Positions 1 through 10,284 are shown, counted from the stretch's first letter. The stretch is DNA of 64,000 nt from Candidatus Peregrinibacteria bacterium UBA1369 (GCA_002305925.1 DBRL01000013.1:54540-118539), one strand, 5' to 3'. Translations and numbers: made by a program. Notes: generated from the sequence alone by a model not told the origin.

Positions 1-309
1 GGTTGCCGGGCTGCCACCCCGATCATTCTCGAACCGATCATGAAAGTGGAAGTCACCACCCCCGATGAATACTTCGGTGACGTCATGGGCAACCTATCCT
101 CACGTCGCGGCCAAATCTACGAAACTACCAACCGTGGCATGGCCAAAGTGATCATGGCCTATGTTCCACTCTCGGAAATGTTCGGCTACGCCACTGACCT
201 GCGCTCGCTCTCCCAAGGCCGCGCCGCCTACTCGATGGAGTTCAGCCGCTACGAAAGAGTCCCCAATAATGTGGCCGAAAAAATCATTTCCGAACGTGGA
301 AAAGCGTAG
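1..309 (+). CDS. fusA: Elongation factor G, C-terminal fragment (5' end lies outside the window)
   Basis: The frame is open from base 1. The translation ...[30 protein letters not shown]...[12 protein letters not shown] matches the conserved EF-G domain V/C-terminus. It sits directly upstream of tuf, as in the str operon. Confidence 0.9.
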   Translation, partial: GCRAATPIILEPIMKVEVTTPDEYFGDVMGNLSSRRGQIYETTNRGMAKVIMAYVPLSEMFGYATDLRSLSQGRAAYSMEFSRYERVPNNVAEKIISERGKA

Positions 310-376
310 AGAACGACGGGGAGTTTTACGCTCCAATATAAGCAAAATAGAATTAGCCGAAAAGTCAAAAAAAATA

Positions 377-405
377 TTGCAATCAAAAAACTTTTCGGTT
401 AATAT
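377..405 (+). promoter_or_regulatory. Putative sigma70-type promoter upstream of tuf (TTGCAA-N17-TAATAT)
   Basis: TTGCAA at 377-382, a 17-nt spacer and TAATAT at 400-405, about 50 nt upstream of the tuf ATG. Motif match only. Confidence 0.4.
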
Positions 406-456
406 CACGGGGCACTTGTCCCAGAGACAAATTATTTACCTAACTCTAAAAACCCT

Positions 457-1641
457 ATGACTGAAGTCTTTCAAAGAAACAAGCCTCACGTCAACGTAGG
501 TACAATCGGCCACGTCGACCACGGCAAGACTACTCTGACCGCCGCAATCACTTTTTACTGTGCTGAGAAGGGACAGGCTAAAGCCAAAAAATACGATGAT
601 ATTGACAATGCCCCCGAAGAGAAGGCCCGTGGTATCACTATCAACACTTCCCATCAGGAATACGAAACGGAAAAGAGACATTATGCTCACGTCGACTGTC
701 CCGGCCATGCCGACTACGTCAAGAACATGATTACCGGCGCCGCCCAGATGGATGGCGCAATCCTGGTTTGTTCCGCTGCCGATGGACCAATGCCCCAGAC
801 CCGCGAACACATCCTCCTGGCCAAACAGGTAAATGTTCCCTATATAGTAGTATTCCTCAACAAGATGGACATGGCTGATCCTGAGATCGCCGACCTGTCC
901 GAAATGGAAGTACGCGATATTCTTACTAAATACGGCTATGATGGTGCCAAAACCCCGGTTATCCGCGGTTCTGCGCTCAAAGCCCTGGAAAACCCCAAGG
1001 ACGCCGAGGCTAACAAATGCATTCAGGAGCTTCTGGATGCGCTGGACAGCTTCATCCCCGATCCGGTCCGCGAACTTGACAAGCCCTTCATGATGGCCGT
1101 AGAAGACGTGTTTTCCATCAAAGGTCGTGGTACGGTTGCCACCGGCAGAATCGAAACCGGCGTGATCAAAGTAAATGAAGAGGTTGAAATCGTCGGCATC
1201 CGTGAAACCAGAAAGACAGTTGTAACGGGTGTTGAAATGTTCAAGAAACTCCTTGACCAGGGGCAAGCCGGTGATAATGTCGGCCTGCTGCTCCGCGGTA
1301 TTGAAAGAGATGATATTGAGAGAGGTATGGTTCTGGCCAAACCCGGATCCATTACTCCCCACACCAAATTTGAAGCTCAGATCTATGTGCTGACCAAGGA
1401 AGAAGGCGGTCGCCACACTCCGTTCTTCAAGGGTTACAAACCACAGTTCTATATCCGCACCACCGATGTCACCGGTGCAGTTGAACTGCCGGCCGGCGTG
1501 GAAATGGTTATGCCCGGCGATGACGTCAAGATGGTTGTTACTCTGTCCGTCCCCGTGGCTATCAACGATAACCTGCGCTTTGCCATCCGCGAGGGTGGAC
1601 GCACCGTCGGTGCCGGCGTGGTCACCAAGATTATTGAATAA
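457..1641 (+). CDS. tuf: Elongation factor Tu
   Basis: 394 aa with GTPase motifs [18 protein letters not shown] and NKMD. The whole length looks like EF-Tu. Confidence 0.98.
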   Translation: MTEVFQRNKPHVNVGTIGHVDHGKTTLTAAITFYCAEKGQAKAKKYDDIDNAPEEKARGITINTSHQEYETEKRHYAHVDCPGHADYVKNMITGAAQMDGAILVCSAADGPMPQTREHILLAKQVNVPYIVVFLNKMDMADPEIADLSEMEVRDILTKYGYDGAKTPVIRGSALKALENPKDAEANKCIQELLDALDSFIPDPVRELDKPFMMAVEDVFSIKGRGTVATGRIETGVIKVNEEVEIVGIRETRKTVVTGVEMFKKLLDQGQAGDNVGLLLRGIERDDIERGMVLAKPGSITPHTKFEAQIYVLTKEEGGRHTPFFKGYKPQFYIRTTDVTGAVELPAGVEMVMPGDDVKMVVTLSVPVAINDNLRFAIREGGRTVGAGVVTKIIE

Positions 1642-1643
1642 TA

Positions 1644-1671
1644 CGCACGAGTCGCGTCAGCGACGAGTGCG
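1644..1671 (+). other. Hairpin immediately after the tuf stop (5 bp + tandem G.A mismatch + 5 bp, loop GTCA), followed by a C8 tract
   Basis: CGCACGAGTCGC-GTCA-GCGACGAGTGCG, read directly from the sequence. There is no U-tract, so it may be an attenuator or a processing site. Function unknown. Confidence 0.3.
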
Positions 1672-1716
1672 CTACCCCCCCCATTTACCAAGTTATAGAC
1701 AATCAATCCAGCGAGC

Positions 1717-2061
1717 ATGGCAACTACCAACACCACCAGTAAGCAGAAAATCCGCATCAAGATTCAGGCCTACGACCACAAAATCGTTGATGATTCGGCC
1801 AGGCTGATTATCGATACCGCCGAAAGAACCGGTGCCATCGTTGCCGGACCAATCCCCCTTCCCACCAGGATTGAAAAAATCACCGTCAACCGCTCGACTT
1901 TCGTTCACAAGAATTCCCGCGACCAGTATGAGATCCGTACCCACAAACGTTTAATTGACATCACCGAATGCACTCCGAAAACGGTAGACTCATTGACCAA
2001 TCTGAGTCTACCGGCCGGAGTGGACATAGAAATTAGAATGCTCCAGAAGCAGGAAGCTTAG
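1717..2061 (+). CDS. rpsJ: 30S ribosomal protein S10
   Basis: 114 aa. The S10 signature is [15 protein letters not shown]...[35 protein letters not shown]. First gene of the S10 block. Confidence 0.97.
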   Translation: MATTNTTSKQKIRIKIQAYDHKIVDDSARLIIDTAERTGAIVAGPIPLPTRIEKITVNRSTFVHKNSRDQYEIRTHKRLIDITECTPKTVDSLTNLSLPAGVDIEIRMLQKQEA

Positions 2062-2181
2062 GCTCCTAAAATCGGGCTCCTAATTTTATGTTACCAGGGG
2101 TCGCGGGTCTTACCCGGATCTTCGCCCCAAATCTTCGCCCACCACATTTAACCAGAGCGGAGAAGTAACCTCTAAAATAAT

Positions 2182-2772
2182 ATGCAAGGAATACTAGGGA
2201 AAAAACTAGGTATGACCAGAGTAGTTAACGAAGACGGCAACTATGTTCCCGTCACCATCGTTCAATGCTCGGAAAATGTCATTCATCAGCTAAAGAACAT
2301 CGAAAAGGACGGCTATAATGCCGTTGTTTTGGGTTTTGCCCCACGCAAGCACCCCACCAAGACCAAAAAATTCTATTATGTCCGCGAAGTCAAAGTGGAA
2401 ACTCTCGACCAGCTGGAAAAAGGTGCAAAAGTAGCTGCAGATGCAGTGCTCTCAGCCGGCGACCGAGTCAGCGTGACCGGCGTAACCAAGGGCAAAGGCA
2501 CCCAGGGCGTCATGAAAAGATGGAATTTCCACGGCGGACCTGGTGGTCACGGCTCACACTTCAAGAGAGAACCAGGATCGGTCGGTGCACGCGCCAAACC
2601 TGGTAAAATTCACCGCGGCAAGAAGATGTCCGGACATATGGGTAGCGAAACCCAGACCCTCAGAACCTCCGTCGCCTACATCGACTCGGCCAAAAACCTG
2701 ATCGGCATCAAAGGCCCCGTCCCCGGCTCAATCAACTCTTACGTAACCATTAAGAAACTCGCGACAAAATAG
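2182..2772 (+). CDS. rplC: 50S ribosomal protein L3
   Basis: 196 aa with GILGKKLGMTRV and KGKGTQGVMKRWNFHGGPGGHGS. Operon position fits. Confidence 0.97.
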   Translation: MQGILGKKLGMTRVVNEDGNYVPVTIVQCSENVIHQLKNIEKDGYNAVVLGFAPRKHPTKTKKFYYVREVKVETLDQLEKGAKVAADAVLSAGDRVSVTGVTKGKGTQGVMKRWNFHGGPGGHGSHFKREPGSVGARAKPGKIHRGKKMSGHMGSETQTLRTSVAYIDSAKNLIGIKGPVPGSINSYVTIKKLATK

Positions 2773-2813
2773 GCCGAAAAGCCAATTGCGCAATATTTTA
2801 GAATTATCCTACC

Positions 2814-3452
2814 ATGGCAAAGATCACCATCTATAATCAGCAAGGAGAGAAACTCCGCGAAAATGAGGTTCCGGCAAACATTTTTGAGGTTCCTTTCAAC
2901 AGGGATTTGGTACAACAAGCCCTTACCCGCCAACTGGCCAACCGCCGCCTCGGCATGATCGCCCACGCCAAAACCAAGGGAGAAGTGGTCGGCGGTAAAA
3001 AGAAACCTTTTAGACAAAAGGGTACCGGCAACGCCCGCCAGGGTGCGACCAACAACCCGCATCAAATCGGCGGAGGCGTTTCTTTCGGCCCCCGCAACGT
3101 CAAAAACTACAAACAGGACATGCCCAAAAAGCAGCGCAGACTGGCACTGTTTTCCGCCCTCTCACAAAAACTGCGCCAGGATCAGATCATCGGCCTGGAC
3201 AAATATGACGGCGATGAGATCAAGACCAAAAAGTTCGCCACCGCATTGGCCACACTGCCGCTGGGTAAAGATGTCCTCATCGTACTGCCGGAAAAAAACG
3301 ACACACTGGTCAAATCCTCACGCAATCTGCCGCACGTAAAATCAATTCTGGTCAATTACCTGAACATTGCCGACCTGCAGAAGTACGAAACTGTCCTCTT
3401 CCTGGAAAACGCTCTGGAAAAAATGGAAAACATCTTCCTCTCTGCCAAATAA
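2814..3452 (+). CDS. rplD: 50S ribosomal protein L4
   Basis: 212 aa with KKPFRQKGTGNARQGATNNPHQIGGGVSFGP. Operon position fits. Confidence 0.95.
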   Translation: MAKITIYNQQGEKLRENEVPANIFEVPFNRDLVQQALTRQLANRRLGMIAHAKTKGEVVGGKKKPFRQKGTGNARQGATNNPHQIGGGVSFGPRNVKNYKQDMPKKQRRLALFSALSQKLRQDQIIGLDKYDGDEIKTKKFATALATLPLGKDVLIVLPEKNDTLVKSSRNLPHVKSILVNYLNIADLQKYETVLFLENALEKMENIFLSAK

Positions 3453-3464
3453 CTTTCGAAAACA

Positions 3465-3851
3465 ATGAACGCACTCAACGTCATCCGCAAACCGGTAGTC
3501 ACGGAAAAATCCTCCCTCCTGGAGGAAAAAAAGGTTTACGCTTTCTGGGTCAACCCCAAATCGACCAAGATTGACATCAAAAAAGCTTTCAAATCGCTCT
3601 ACGGAGTTGATGTTGCCCAGGTAAGACTGATCACGGTCTCCCCCAAACTGCGCAAACTGCGCAAGGGCAGCTACAATAAGAGGTTGGAAACGCTAAAAGC
3701 CTACATCTCGCTCAAGGGTAAAAAACAGCTCGATCTGAATAAGTTTGAAAAGGCTGACAAAGAAAGAAAAGAACCGCTACTGGCCATTGGTAAAAAAAGT
3801 CCGGCCAAGAAAACGGCAAAACCAAAGACCACCGCCAAAAAGACTAAATAA
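3465..3851 (+). CDS. rplW: 50S ribosomal protein L23 (with Lys-rich C-terminal tail)
   Basis: 128 aa with IRKPVVTEKS...YAFWVNPKSTKIDIKKAF. It lies between rplD and rplB. Confidence 0.93.
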   Translation: MNALNVIRKPVVTEKSSLLEEKKVYAFWVNPKSTKIDIKKAFKSLYGVDVAQVRLITVSPKLRKLRKGSYNKRLETLKAYISLKGKKQLDLNKFEKADKERKEPLLAIGKKSPAKKTAKPKTTAKKTK

Positions 3852-3878
3852 TTATAGTAGATCTTAATTCTTACGAAC

Positions 3879-4724
3879 GTGCCAGTAAAAAAGTATAAAG
3901 CCACCACTCCAGGCAGAAGGGACATGAGCGTCCTGGATTACTCTGTCATCACCCGCCGCAAGCCAGAAAAAAGCCTTGTAGTAGGGAAAAAGAGCCGGGC
4001 TGGTCGCAACAACCAGGGGAAAATTACAGTCAGACACCAAGGCGGCGGCCACAAGAAACTATTGCGCAAGGTGGATTTCCGTCAAACCGATAAGCTGGGA
4101 GTGCCCGGCAAAGTCACCAGTATCGAATATGATCCGAATCGCACGGCCCTCCTGATGCTGGTCACCTATGCCGACGGCGATAAACGCTATCATCTGGCTC
4201 CGGAAGGAATCAAAGTTGGTGACAGTGTCATGACCAAGGAAAAAGCACGCATAACGCCCGGCAACCGCGTCATGCTCAAGCACCTGCCAGTCGGACACAG
4301 CGTTTTCAACATCGAGCTGGAAAGAAACAAGGGAGGACAGGTAGTACGCTCCGCCGGCACCCGTGCCACACTGGTAGCCGTCGAAAAAGACCTGGCTCAA
4401 ATCAAACTGCCCTCTGGTGAAACCCGCACCGTTCACAAAAACTGTTATGCCACCATTGGCACCGTCAGCAATATCGATCACAGCCTAATCAAAATCGGCA
4501 AAGCCGGACGCAGTCGCTGGCTCGGCATCCGCCCATCAGTCAGAGGTAAAGCCATGAACCCCGTCGACCATCCGCATGGCGGCGGCGAAGGCAATCAGCC
4601 CTGCGGACTTCCCCACCCCAAAACCCCCTGGGGCTATGCCGCTCTTGGCGTCAAGACCCGCCGCCGCAAGAAGTTCAGCGACGCTTCGATCATTCGCCGC
4701 CGCAACGGCTCAAAATTGATCTAA
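3879..4724 (+). CDS. rplB: 50S ribosomal protein L2
   Basis: 281 aa, GTG start, with [19 protein letters not shown] and [13 protein letters not shown]. Confidence 0.97.
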   Translation: MPVKKYKATTPGRRDMSVLDYSVITRRKPEKSLVVGKKSRAGRNNQGKITVRHQGGGHKKLLRKVDFRQTDKLGVPGKVTSIEYDPNRTALLMLVTYADGDKRYHLAPEGIKVGDSVMTKEKARITPGNRVMLKHLPVGHSVFNIELERNKGGQVVRSAGTRATLVAVEKDLAQIKLPSGETRTVHKNCYATIGTVSNIDHSLIKIGKAGRSRWLGIRPSVRGKAMNPVDHPHGGGEGNQPCGLPHPKTPWGYAALGVKTRRRKKFSDASIIRRRNGSKLI

Positions 4725-4759
4725 TCATCATTTCATCGTTCACTAACTAACCGCCAACC

Positions 4760-5062
4760 ATGTCCAGAAGTTCAAAGAAAGGACCATACGTAGACCCCAA
4801 ACTGCTCAAGAAAGTAATCACGCTGAACAACAGCGGCCAGAAAAAAGTCATCAAGACCTGGGCCCGCTCCAGCACCATCTCTCCCGAATTTGTCGGTCAT
4901 ACCCTGGCCGTACACAACGGGAAACAGCACATTCCCCTCTATATCACCGAAGAAATGGTTGGGCAGAAACTTGGTTCGTTTGTTCACACCCGCAAATTCA
5001 AGGGACACGGAGGCAAATTGGCCGCCATGACGGGAGCGGGCAGCGGATCGGTCAACAGTTAA
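4760..5062 (+). CDS. rpsS: 30S ribosomal protein S19
   Basis: 100 aa with [16 protein letters not shown]...[23 protein letters not shown]. Confidence 0.97.
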   Translation: MSRSSKKGPYVDPKLLKKVITLNNSGQKKVIKTWARSSTISPEFVGHTLAVHNGKQHIPLYITEEMVGQKLGSFVHTRKFKGHGGKLAAMTGAGSGSVNS

Positions 5063-5089
5063 ATTTTCATCAATAAATTTTTTTACGCA

Positions 5090-5560
5090 ATGAAAGCAAT
5101 ACTCAAGGGAGCCAGAATAACGCCAAAAAAGGCCAATCTGATCGCCGGCATGGTCCGCACCAGACCGGCCAACGAATCCCTGGAAATCCTCAAATTTACC
5201 CCCAAAAAAGCTGCGAAAATTCTGCACAAACTGCTGCTCAGTGCCGTTACCAACGCCGTCAGCAATTTCAAACAGGACGAAACCAGTCTTAGCGTCAAGG
5301 AGGTCATCGTCACCAAGGGGCCCACGCTGAAACGCGGCGTACCGGTATCCCGCGGCAGAGTTTATCCGGTGCTCAAAAGAACTTCCAACATCACTGTTAT
5401 CCTCGAGGTAAAAGAAGCCGCCCCCGCCAAGAAATCAGGGGGAAAAGCCAAAAACGAAGAAACGGCAACGCCTGCGGCCGAGACTACGACAAAAGCCTCC
5501 GCCAAACCGGCTTCAAAGAACGCAACCTCCAAGACCGTCAAAAAAGTCGCCAAATCATAA
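5090..5560 (+). CDS. rplV: 50S ribosomal protein L22 (about 45-aa A/K/T-rich C-terminal tail)
   Basis: 156 aa. The L22 core is ARITPKKANLIAGMVR...KRGVPVSRGRVYPVLKRTSNITVIL. Operon position fits. Confidence 0.95.
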   Translation: MKAILKGARITPKKANLIAGMVRTRPANESLEILKFTPKKAAKILHKLLLSAVTNAVSNFKQDETSLSVKEVIVTKGPTLKRGVPVSRGRVYPVLKRTSNITVILEVKEAAPAKKSGGKAKNEETATPAAETTTKASAKPASKNATSKTVKKVAKS

Positions 5561-5594
5561 TCTCATTAATTCCAATAAATAATCACCAGCTCTC

Positions 5595-6254
5595 ATGGGA
5601 CAAAAAGTAAATCCAATCATCCAAAGAATCGGCATAATCAGAACCTGGGACTCCAAATGGTTCGCTCCCAAGAAAAAATTTGCCAAGTACTTGCATCAGG
5701 ATTTTGAAATTGAAAAAATCATCCGCAAAGAGCTGGCCGATTCCGGCATCGGAAAAATCGAAATTCAGCGCAGTGCAAACAAATTCAATATTATTATTCA
5801 CACCGCCAAACCTGGCACAATCATCGGCAAACAGGGCGCCAACGTCGACATCCTGCGCGACAAGTTGAAAAAGACTTTTAACGAAGATTTTCTAATCAGC
5901 ATCCGCGAAATCCGCAAACCCGCCATTAACGCCCGCCTGTTGGCCGAAAGCATCGCCGCCCAGATCGAAAAACGGGTTTCCTATCGCCGCGCCTGCAAAA
6001 TGGGCATAGAAAGAGCCTTGGAATCGGGAGCCAAGGGGGTAAAAATTTCCGTTGCCGGACGTCTCAACGGAGTGGAAATCTCCCGCAGTGAATTTTTCGC
6101 CCAGGGCAAAATTCCCCTGCACACTTTCCGCGCCAACATCGATTACGCGATGTACCACGCCAAAACGGAATACGGAACCATTGGTGTAACCGTCTGGATT
6201 TACAAGGGAGAAATATTCAAGGGAAAAGGGCAGGAACAGAGCATCGACGAGTAG
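5595..6254 (+). CDS. rpsC: 30S ribosomal protein S3
   Basis: 219 aa with MGQKVNPI..R and the KH domain segment GIGKIEIQR...AKPGTIIGKQG. Confidence 0.97.
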   Translation: MGQKVNPIIQRIGIIRTWDSKWFAPKKKFAKYLHQDFEIEKIIRKELADSGIGKIEIQRSANKFNIIIHTAKPGTIIGKQGANVDILRDKLKKTFNEDFLISIREIRKPAINARLLAESIAAQIEKRVSYRRACKMGIERALESGAKGVKISVAGRLNGVEISRSEFFAQGKIPLHTFRANIDYAMYHAKTEYGTIGVTVWIYKGEIFKGKGQEQSIDE

Positions 6255-6333
6255 AATCCGTAATGGCATGTTTTTGTTGACCTGCAAACAAATCAATAGT
6301 AAATTTCACAGGCCTTAATCAAACCAGAATCAT

Positions 6334-6753
6334 ATGTTTGGACCAAAGAAAAGCAAATACAGGAAACAGCAAAGGCTGCGCGGAGGAGAACAGGGCATCG
6401 CCACCAAAGGGTTTCGCCCGGCCTTCGGCACTCACGCACTTAAATGTCTGACTGGAGCCGAAATTTCTGCAAGACAAATTGAGGCGGCCAGGCGAGCCAT
6501 GACCAGATATGTCAAAAGAGGTGGAAAGATCTGGATCCGTGTTTTCCCCCACAAGCCAATTACCCAAAAAGCTGCCGAAGTCCCCATGGGATCGGGCAAA
6601 GGCTCACTGGACTATTATGTCGCCGTAGTCAAAAAAGGCACCGTACTGTTTGAAATGGACGGAGTCGATGAAACTACCGCCAGAGAAGCGATGAGACTAG
6701 CCGGCCAGAAACTTCCCGTTAAATGTAAATATATCAACGCTAACGAAATCTAG
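6334..6753 (+). CDS. rplP: 50S ribosomal protein L16
   Basis: 139 aa with [13 protein letters not shown]...[29 protein letters not shown]. Confidence 0.97.
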   Translation: MFGPKKSKYRKQQRLRGGEQGIATKGFRPAFGTHALKCLTGAEISARQIEAARRAMTRYVKRGGKIWIRVFPHKPITQKAAEVPMGSGKGSLDYYVAVVKKGTVLFEMDGVDETTAREAMRLAGQKLPVKCKYINANEI

Positions 6754-6758
6754 CCATT

Positions 6759-6962
6759 ATGTTAACACTAGAAGACATCCGACAAATGGACCCTCAGAGC
6801 ATCAATGCTGAAATCGCCAAAACGCAGCATGAATTGCTGAAAATGAAGCTGCAAACGGCATCCGGCCAATCAAAAGAAACCAGCCAGATCAAAGCGCTGC
6901 GCAAAACGATTGCCCGTCTGCAAACCGTTCAAAAAGAATTTAAACTATCAGCCAATAAATAA
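6759..6962 (+). CDS. rpmC: 50S ribosomal protein L29
   Basis: 67 aa, helical, with ELLKMKLQ...IKALRKTIARLQTV. It lies between rplP and rpsQ. Confidence 0.9.
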   Translation: MLTLEDIRQMDPQSINAEIAKTQHELLKMKLQTASGQSKETSQIKALRKTIARLQTVQKEFKLSANK

Positions 6963-6970
6963 TTCCCACC

Positions 6971-7207
6971 ATGGCCAGAAGCAAAAAAGGTACGGTCGTC
7001 AGTGACAAGATGGACAAAACCATCGTTGTAGTCGTCCACACCTACAAAATACACCCCAAATACAAGAAGCGTTACCGCACCTCTCGTAAATTCTATGCTC
7101 ACGATCCGGACAACAGTCACAAAACCGGTGAGGAAGTGATAATTTATGAAACACGACCAACCAGCAAACTGAAAAGATGGACTGTCGTCGAACCGGTAAA
7201 AAACTAA
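6971..7207 (+). CDS. rpsQ: 30S ribosomal protein S17
   Basis: 78 aa with KGTVVSDKMDKTIVVVVHTYKIHPKYKKRYRTSRKFYAHD. Confidence 0.93.
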   Translation: MARSKKGTVVSDKMDKTIVVVVHTYKIHPKYKKRYRTSRKFYAHDPDNSHKTGEEVIIYETRPTSKLKRWTVVEPVKN

Positions 7208-7233
7208 CCTCAGCAAATTAATTTTCCCCAACT

Positions 7234-7602
7234 ATGATACAGTTAAGAACAATGGTCAACGTGGCCGACAACTCCGGCGCCAAACTAGCCCAATGCGTCA
7301 AGGTATTGGGAGGCCATCACCGTAAATATGCCGGCATCGGTGACATTGTAGTGGTAGCGATCAAAAGTGCCGCCCCCAAAGGCGCCGTCAAAAAACACGC
7401 CGTAGAAAAGGGTGTGGTCATCCGCTGCCGCAAGGAAACACGCCGCAAGGACGGCAGTTATATCCGCTTTGATGAAAACGCCATCGTTATTATCAACAAG
7501 GACAAGGAACCGAAGGGAACCCGCGTTTTTGGACCGGTAGCCAGAGAACTGCGCGAAAAAGGTTTCCAGAAAATCATCAGTTTGGCTCCGGAAGTTCTTT
7601 AA
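7234..7602 (+). CDS. rplN: 50S ribosomal protein L14
   Basis: 122 aa with [17 protein letters not shown]...[30 protein letters not shown]. Confidence 0.97.
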   Translation: MIQLRTMVNVADNSGAKLAQCVKVLGGHHRKYAGIGDIVVVAIKSAAPKGAVKKHAVEKGVVIRCRKETRRKDGSYIRFDENAIVIINKDKEPKGTRVFGPVARELREKGFQKIISLAPEVL

Positions 7603-7638
7603 TCGCAACAATCAAGCGACACATCAATCAATCACACT

Positions 7639-7995
7639 ATGAAACTAAAGGTAAACGATCAGGTTATGGTTATCGCCGGCAAGGACAAAGGAAAAACTGG
7701 CCGCATCACCAAAATCGACCACAAGAAGAACCGCGTCACGGTTGAAAAGATCAACCTGCGCACCAAACATATCAAGAAGCGCCAGGGACAGACCGGTGAA
7801 AAAATCACCTACGAAGCTCCCCTGTCCGCCTCCAACGTCATGGCTCTCGATCCCAAAACGGGGAAACCAACCCGCATCGCCCGCAAAAAACTAGCCAGTG
7901 GTAAGAAGGAAAGGATCGCCGTCAAATCAGCGGTTTCCCTGGACAACGTCACTATCCCCGCCGCCAAGAAAGCTCCGGCCAAAAAAAGTAAATAA
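7639..7995 (+). CDS. rplX: 50S ribosomal protein L24
   Basis: 118 aa. The KOW motif is VNDQVMVIAGKDKGKTGRITKI. Operon position fits. Confidence 0.93.
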   Translation: MKLKVNDQVMVIAGKDKGKTGRITKIDHKKNRVTVEKINLRTKHIKKRQGQTGEKITYEAPLSASNVMALDPKTGKPTRIARKKLASGKKERIAVKSAVSLDNVTIPAAKKAPAKKSK

Positions 7996-8007
7996 TTTGT
8001 ACCTACA

Positions 8008-8574
8008 ATGACCAAAGCACTCAGTCTCAAAGAGAAATTCCGCCAGGAAATCACCCCGGTACTCCAGAAGGAACTCGGGATCAAAAATGTCAACGCCGTC
8101 CCCAAGATGACCAAGATCATCCTCAATGTCGGTATTGGCAAGATGCTGGCCGGCGGCAAGGATTTTACCGACATCGAGAAAAACATTATGATGATTGCCG
8201 GACAAAAACCTGTTATCGCCAAATCCAAAAAAGCCATTTCCAACTTCAAATTGCGCCAGGGCATGCCGGTGGGCATACATGTTACCATGCGCGGCGACAG
8301 AATGTATGATTTTGTTTCCAAATTCGTCAATATCGTTTTGCCCCGCACCAGAGATTTCCGCGGCATCTCACCACGCAGTTTTGACGGCAAGGGCAACTAT
8401 TCAATCGCCATCCGCGAACACACCGTTTTCCCGGAAATCAATGTTGATGACATCGTCAAACTGCACGGTATGCAAATCACCTTCGTCACCACTGCTACCG
8501 GTAACGAACAAGGACTGGCCCTGCTCAAGGCGCTGGGATTCCCCTTCCAGGAAAAAAAGGATAAAAGCAAATAA
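8008..8574 (+). CDS. rplE: 50S ribosomal protein L5
   Basis: 188 aa with AISNFKLRQGMPVGIHVTMRGDRMYDF...DGKGNYSIAIREHTVFPEI. Confidence 0.97.
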   Translation: MTKALSLKEKFRQEITPVLQKELGIKNVNAVPKMTKIILNVGIGKMLAGGKDFTDIEKNIMMIAGQKPVIAKSKKAISNFKLRQGMPVGIHVTMRGDRMYDFVSKFVNIVLPRTRDFRGISPRSFDGKGNYSIAIREHTVFPEINVDDIVKLHGMQITFVTTATGNEQGLALLKALGFPFQEKKDKSK

Positions 8575-8613
8575 TCTTTCCCCCAAATAACCCATCTAAT
8601 TTAAACGCTCACA

Positions 8614-8838
8614 ATGGCAAGACTCTCACTCAAAGTACGGGCACAACAACTGAAACAGCAGCTGACCAAGGCCCTCTCCGGCGGCAAAAAGGCCAAATAT
8701 CCCACCCGCGTTTACAACCGTTGCCGCATCTGCGGACGCAAGGGCGGCTATCTACGCAAGTTCGAAATGTGCAGAATCTGCTTCCGTGAAAAAGCCAGGG
8801 AAGGCAAAATCATGGGGCTCAAAAAATCATCCTGGTAA
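8614..8838 (+). CDS. rpsN: 30S ribosomal protein S14, zinc-binding type Z
   Basis: 74 aa with the CxxC...CxxC pattern [23 protein letters not shown]. It lies between rplE and rpsH. Confidence 0.93.
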   Translation: MARLSLKVRAQQLKQQLTKALSGGKKAKYPTRVYNRCRICGRKGGYLRKFEMCRICFREKAREGKIMGLKKSSW

Positions 8839-8936
8839 CATCCAAGGCGCCCAGCCTGACTGCGGTGCCTAATCACTCCCCGCCCATCTAAACTTTATTT
8901 CTTCCCCACTTCAATCACACTCTCAATCACACAATT

Positions 8937-9326
8937 ATGCTTACAGATCCCATCGCCGACCTTTTAATCCGAATCAAGAACGCCGCCCGCGCCCGCAAGG
9001 GAAATCTCACGGTCCCCTACTCAAGGGTCAAGGAACAAATCCTCGCCAATCTCAAGAAAAAGAAGTTTATCGAGGATTACAGTGTGGAGACCGGCAGCCG
9101 TGAACACTGGAAAAATCTCCAGATCACACTCAGCGAGGAGCACCGTGATATTGAAACAAAAAGGGTCAGCAAGCCCGGTCAACGCATCTACCTCAAGGCC
9201 GGCGAAATCAAAAAAGTCCACGGCGGCATGGGCCTGGCCATCATCTCCACACCCAAGGGCATCATCACTGACGAGGAAGCCCGCAAAATGAATCTGGGTG
9301 GAGAAATAATTTGTGAAATATATTAA
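8937..9326 (+). CDS. rpsH: 30S ribosomal protein S8
   Basis: 129 aa with MLTDPIADLLIRIKNA...GGMGLAIISTPKGIITDEEARK..GGEIICEIY. Confidence 0.96.
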   Translation: MLTDPIADLLIRIKNAARARKGNLTVPYSRVKEQILANLKKKKFIEDYSVETGSREHWKNLQITLSEEHRDIETKRVSKPGQRIYLKAGEIKKVHGGMGLAIISTPKGIITDEEARKMNLGGEIICEIY

Positions 9327-9353
9327 TTTAGCAAGCCAAGTTAACCTACCAAC

Positions 9354-9905
9354 ATGTCAAGAATTGGAAAAAATCCGGTAAACGTCCCTTCGGGGGTCAC
9401 GGTCACCATCAACGGCAGCACCATTTCAATCAAAGGCCCCAAAGGTGAACTGACCAGAGATTTTCATCCCAATATGAAAATCGAACTGGCCGACAATCAA
9501 CTCACCGTCACACGGCCAAACGATCTTAAACTAAACCGCTCCCTACACGGTCTGACCAGAACATTGCTCAGCAACATGGTTGAGGGCGTGACCAAAGGAT
9601 ACGAAAAACAGCTGGAAATCCTAGGAGTCGGTTATCGCGCCGCCATTGCCGGCAGCAAGCTAACGCTCAGTCTGGGGTTCTCCCATCCCGTCGAGTTTGC
9701 CATCCCCAAAGGCATCACCATTGAATTGGACAAGGATAAAAAGAATATCCTCATCATCAAGGGATTCGACAAAGAACTTCTCGGGGAAACCGCCGCCAAT
9801 ATCCGGGGCTTCCGCCCACCCGAGCCATACAAAGGCAAAGGTATCCGCTATGTCGGTGAATATGTTGCCCAAAAAGCCGGTAAGGCAGCAGGCAAAGACA
9901 AATAA
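9354..9905 (+). CDS. rplF: 50S ribosomal protein L6
   Basis: 183 aa with MSRIGKNPV.VPSGVTV...GVGYRA...PEPYKGKGIRY. Confidence 0.96.
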   Translation: MSRIGKNPVNVPSGVTVTINGSTISIKGPKGELTRDFHPNMKIELADNQLTVTRPNDLKLNRSLHGLTRTLLSNMVEGVTKGYEKQLEILGVGYRAAIAGSKLTLSLGFSHPVEFAIPKGITIELDKDKKNILIIKGFDKELLGETAANIRGFRPPEPYKGKGIRYVGEYVAQKAGKAAGKDK

Positions 9906-9942
9906 TCCCCGATCTTAAATCCGCGCAACTAAAATCACTACC

Positions 9943-10284
9943 ATGAAAAATCTCAAAGTTATTCAAAAAGAACGCCGCAAAGCCAGAGTCAAAGGACAGC
10001 TGAAACCAAACGGCAAACTGCGCCTGGTTGCCTTCAAGAGTCTCAACTTCAATTATCTTCAACTGGTCGACGACGAAAAGGGCGCCACTCTGGCCGCCAG
10101 CTCCGACCTCAAATCAAAGAAGGGAAACAAACTGGAAAGCGCCAAGGCAGTTGGACTCGAACTGGCCAAAAAAGCCAAAGAATTAAAAATCGAAGAAGTT
10201 GTCTTTGACCGCAACGGCTACAAATACCACGGAAGAATCAAGGCTATGGCCGAAGGCGCTCGCGAGGGCGGTCTGAAGTTTTAA
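9943..10284 (+). CDS. rplR: 50S ribosomal protein L18
   Basis: 113 aa with VVFDRNGYKYHGRIKAMAEGAREGGLKF. Confidence 0.93.
   Translation: MKNLKVIQKERRKARVKGQLKPNGKLRLVAFKSLNFNYLQLVDDEKGATLAASSDLKSKKGNKLESAKAVGLELAKKAKELKIEEVVFDRNGYKYHGRIKAMAEGAREGGLKF

Noticed and set aside
436-1416. A 326-aa ORF antisense to tuf, with similar antisense ORFs opposite rpsC, rplE/rplX, secY, rpsK/rpsD and other genes.
   Set aside because: The sense strand encodes unmistakable conserved proteins. The antisense products have no motifs and show the typical mirror-frame composition.
2062-2181. A 120-nt rpsJ-rplC spacer with short direct repeats (GGCTCCTAA twice, ATCTTCGCCC twice) and a possible 26-codon ORF from the ATG at 2088.
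   Set aside because: The repeats are only 9-10 nt. The mini-ORF has no SD and an arbitrary composition. There is nothing beyond what chance allows in a spacer. I noted it only because the gap is longer than the others in the operon.
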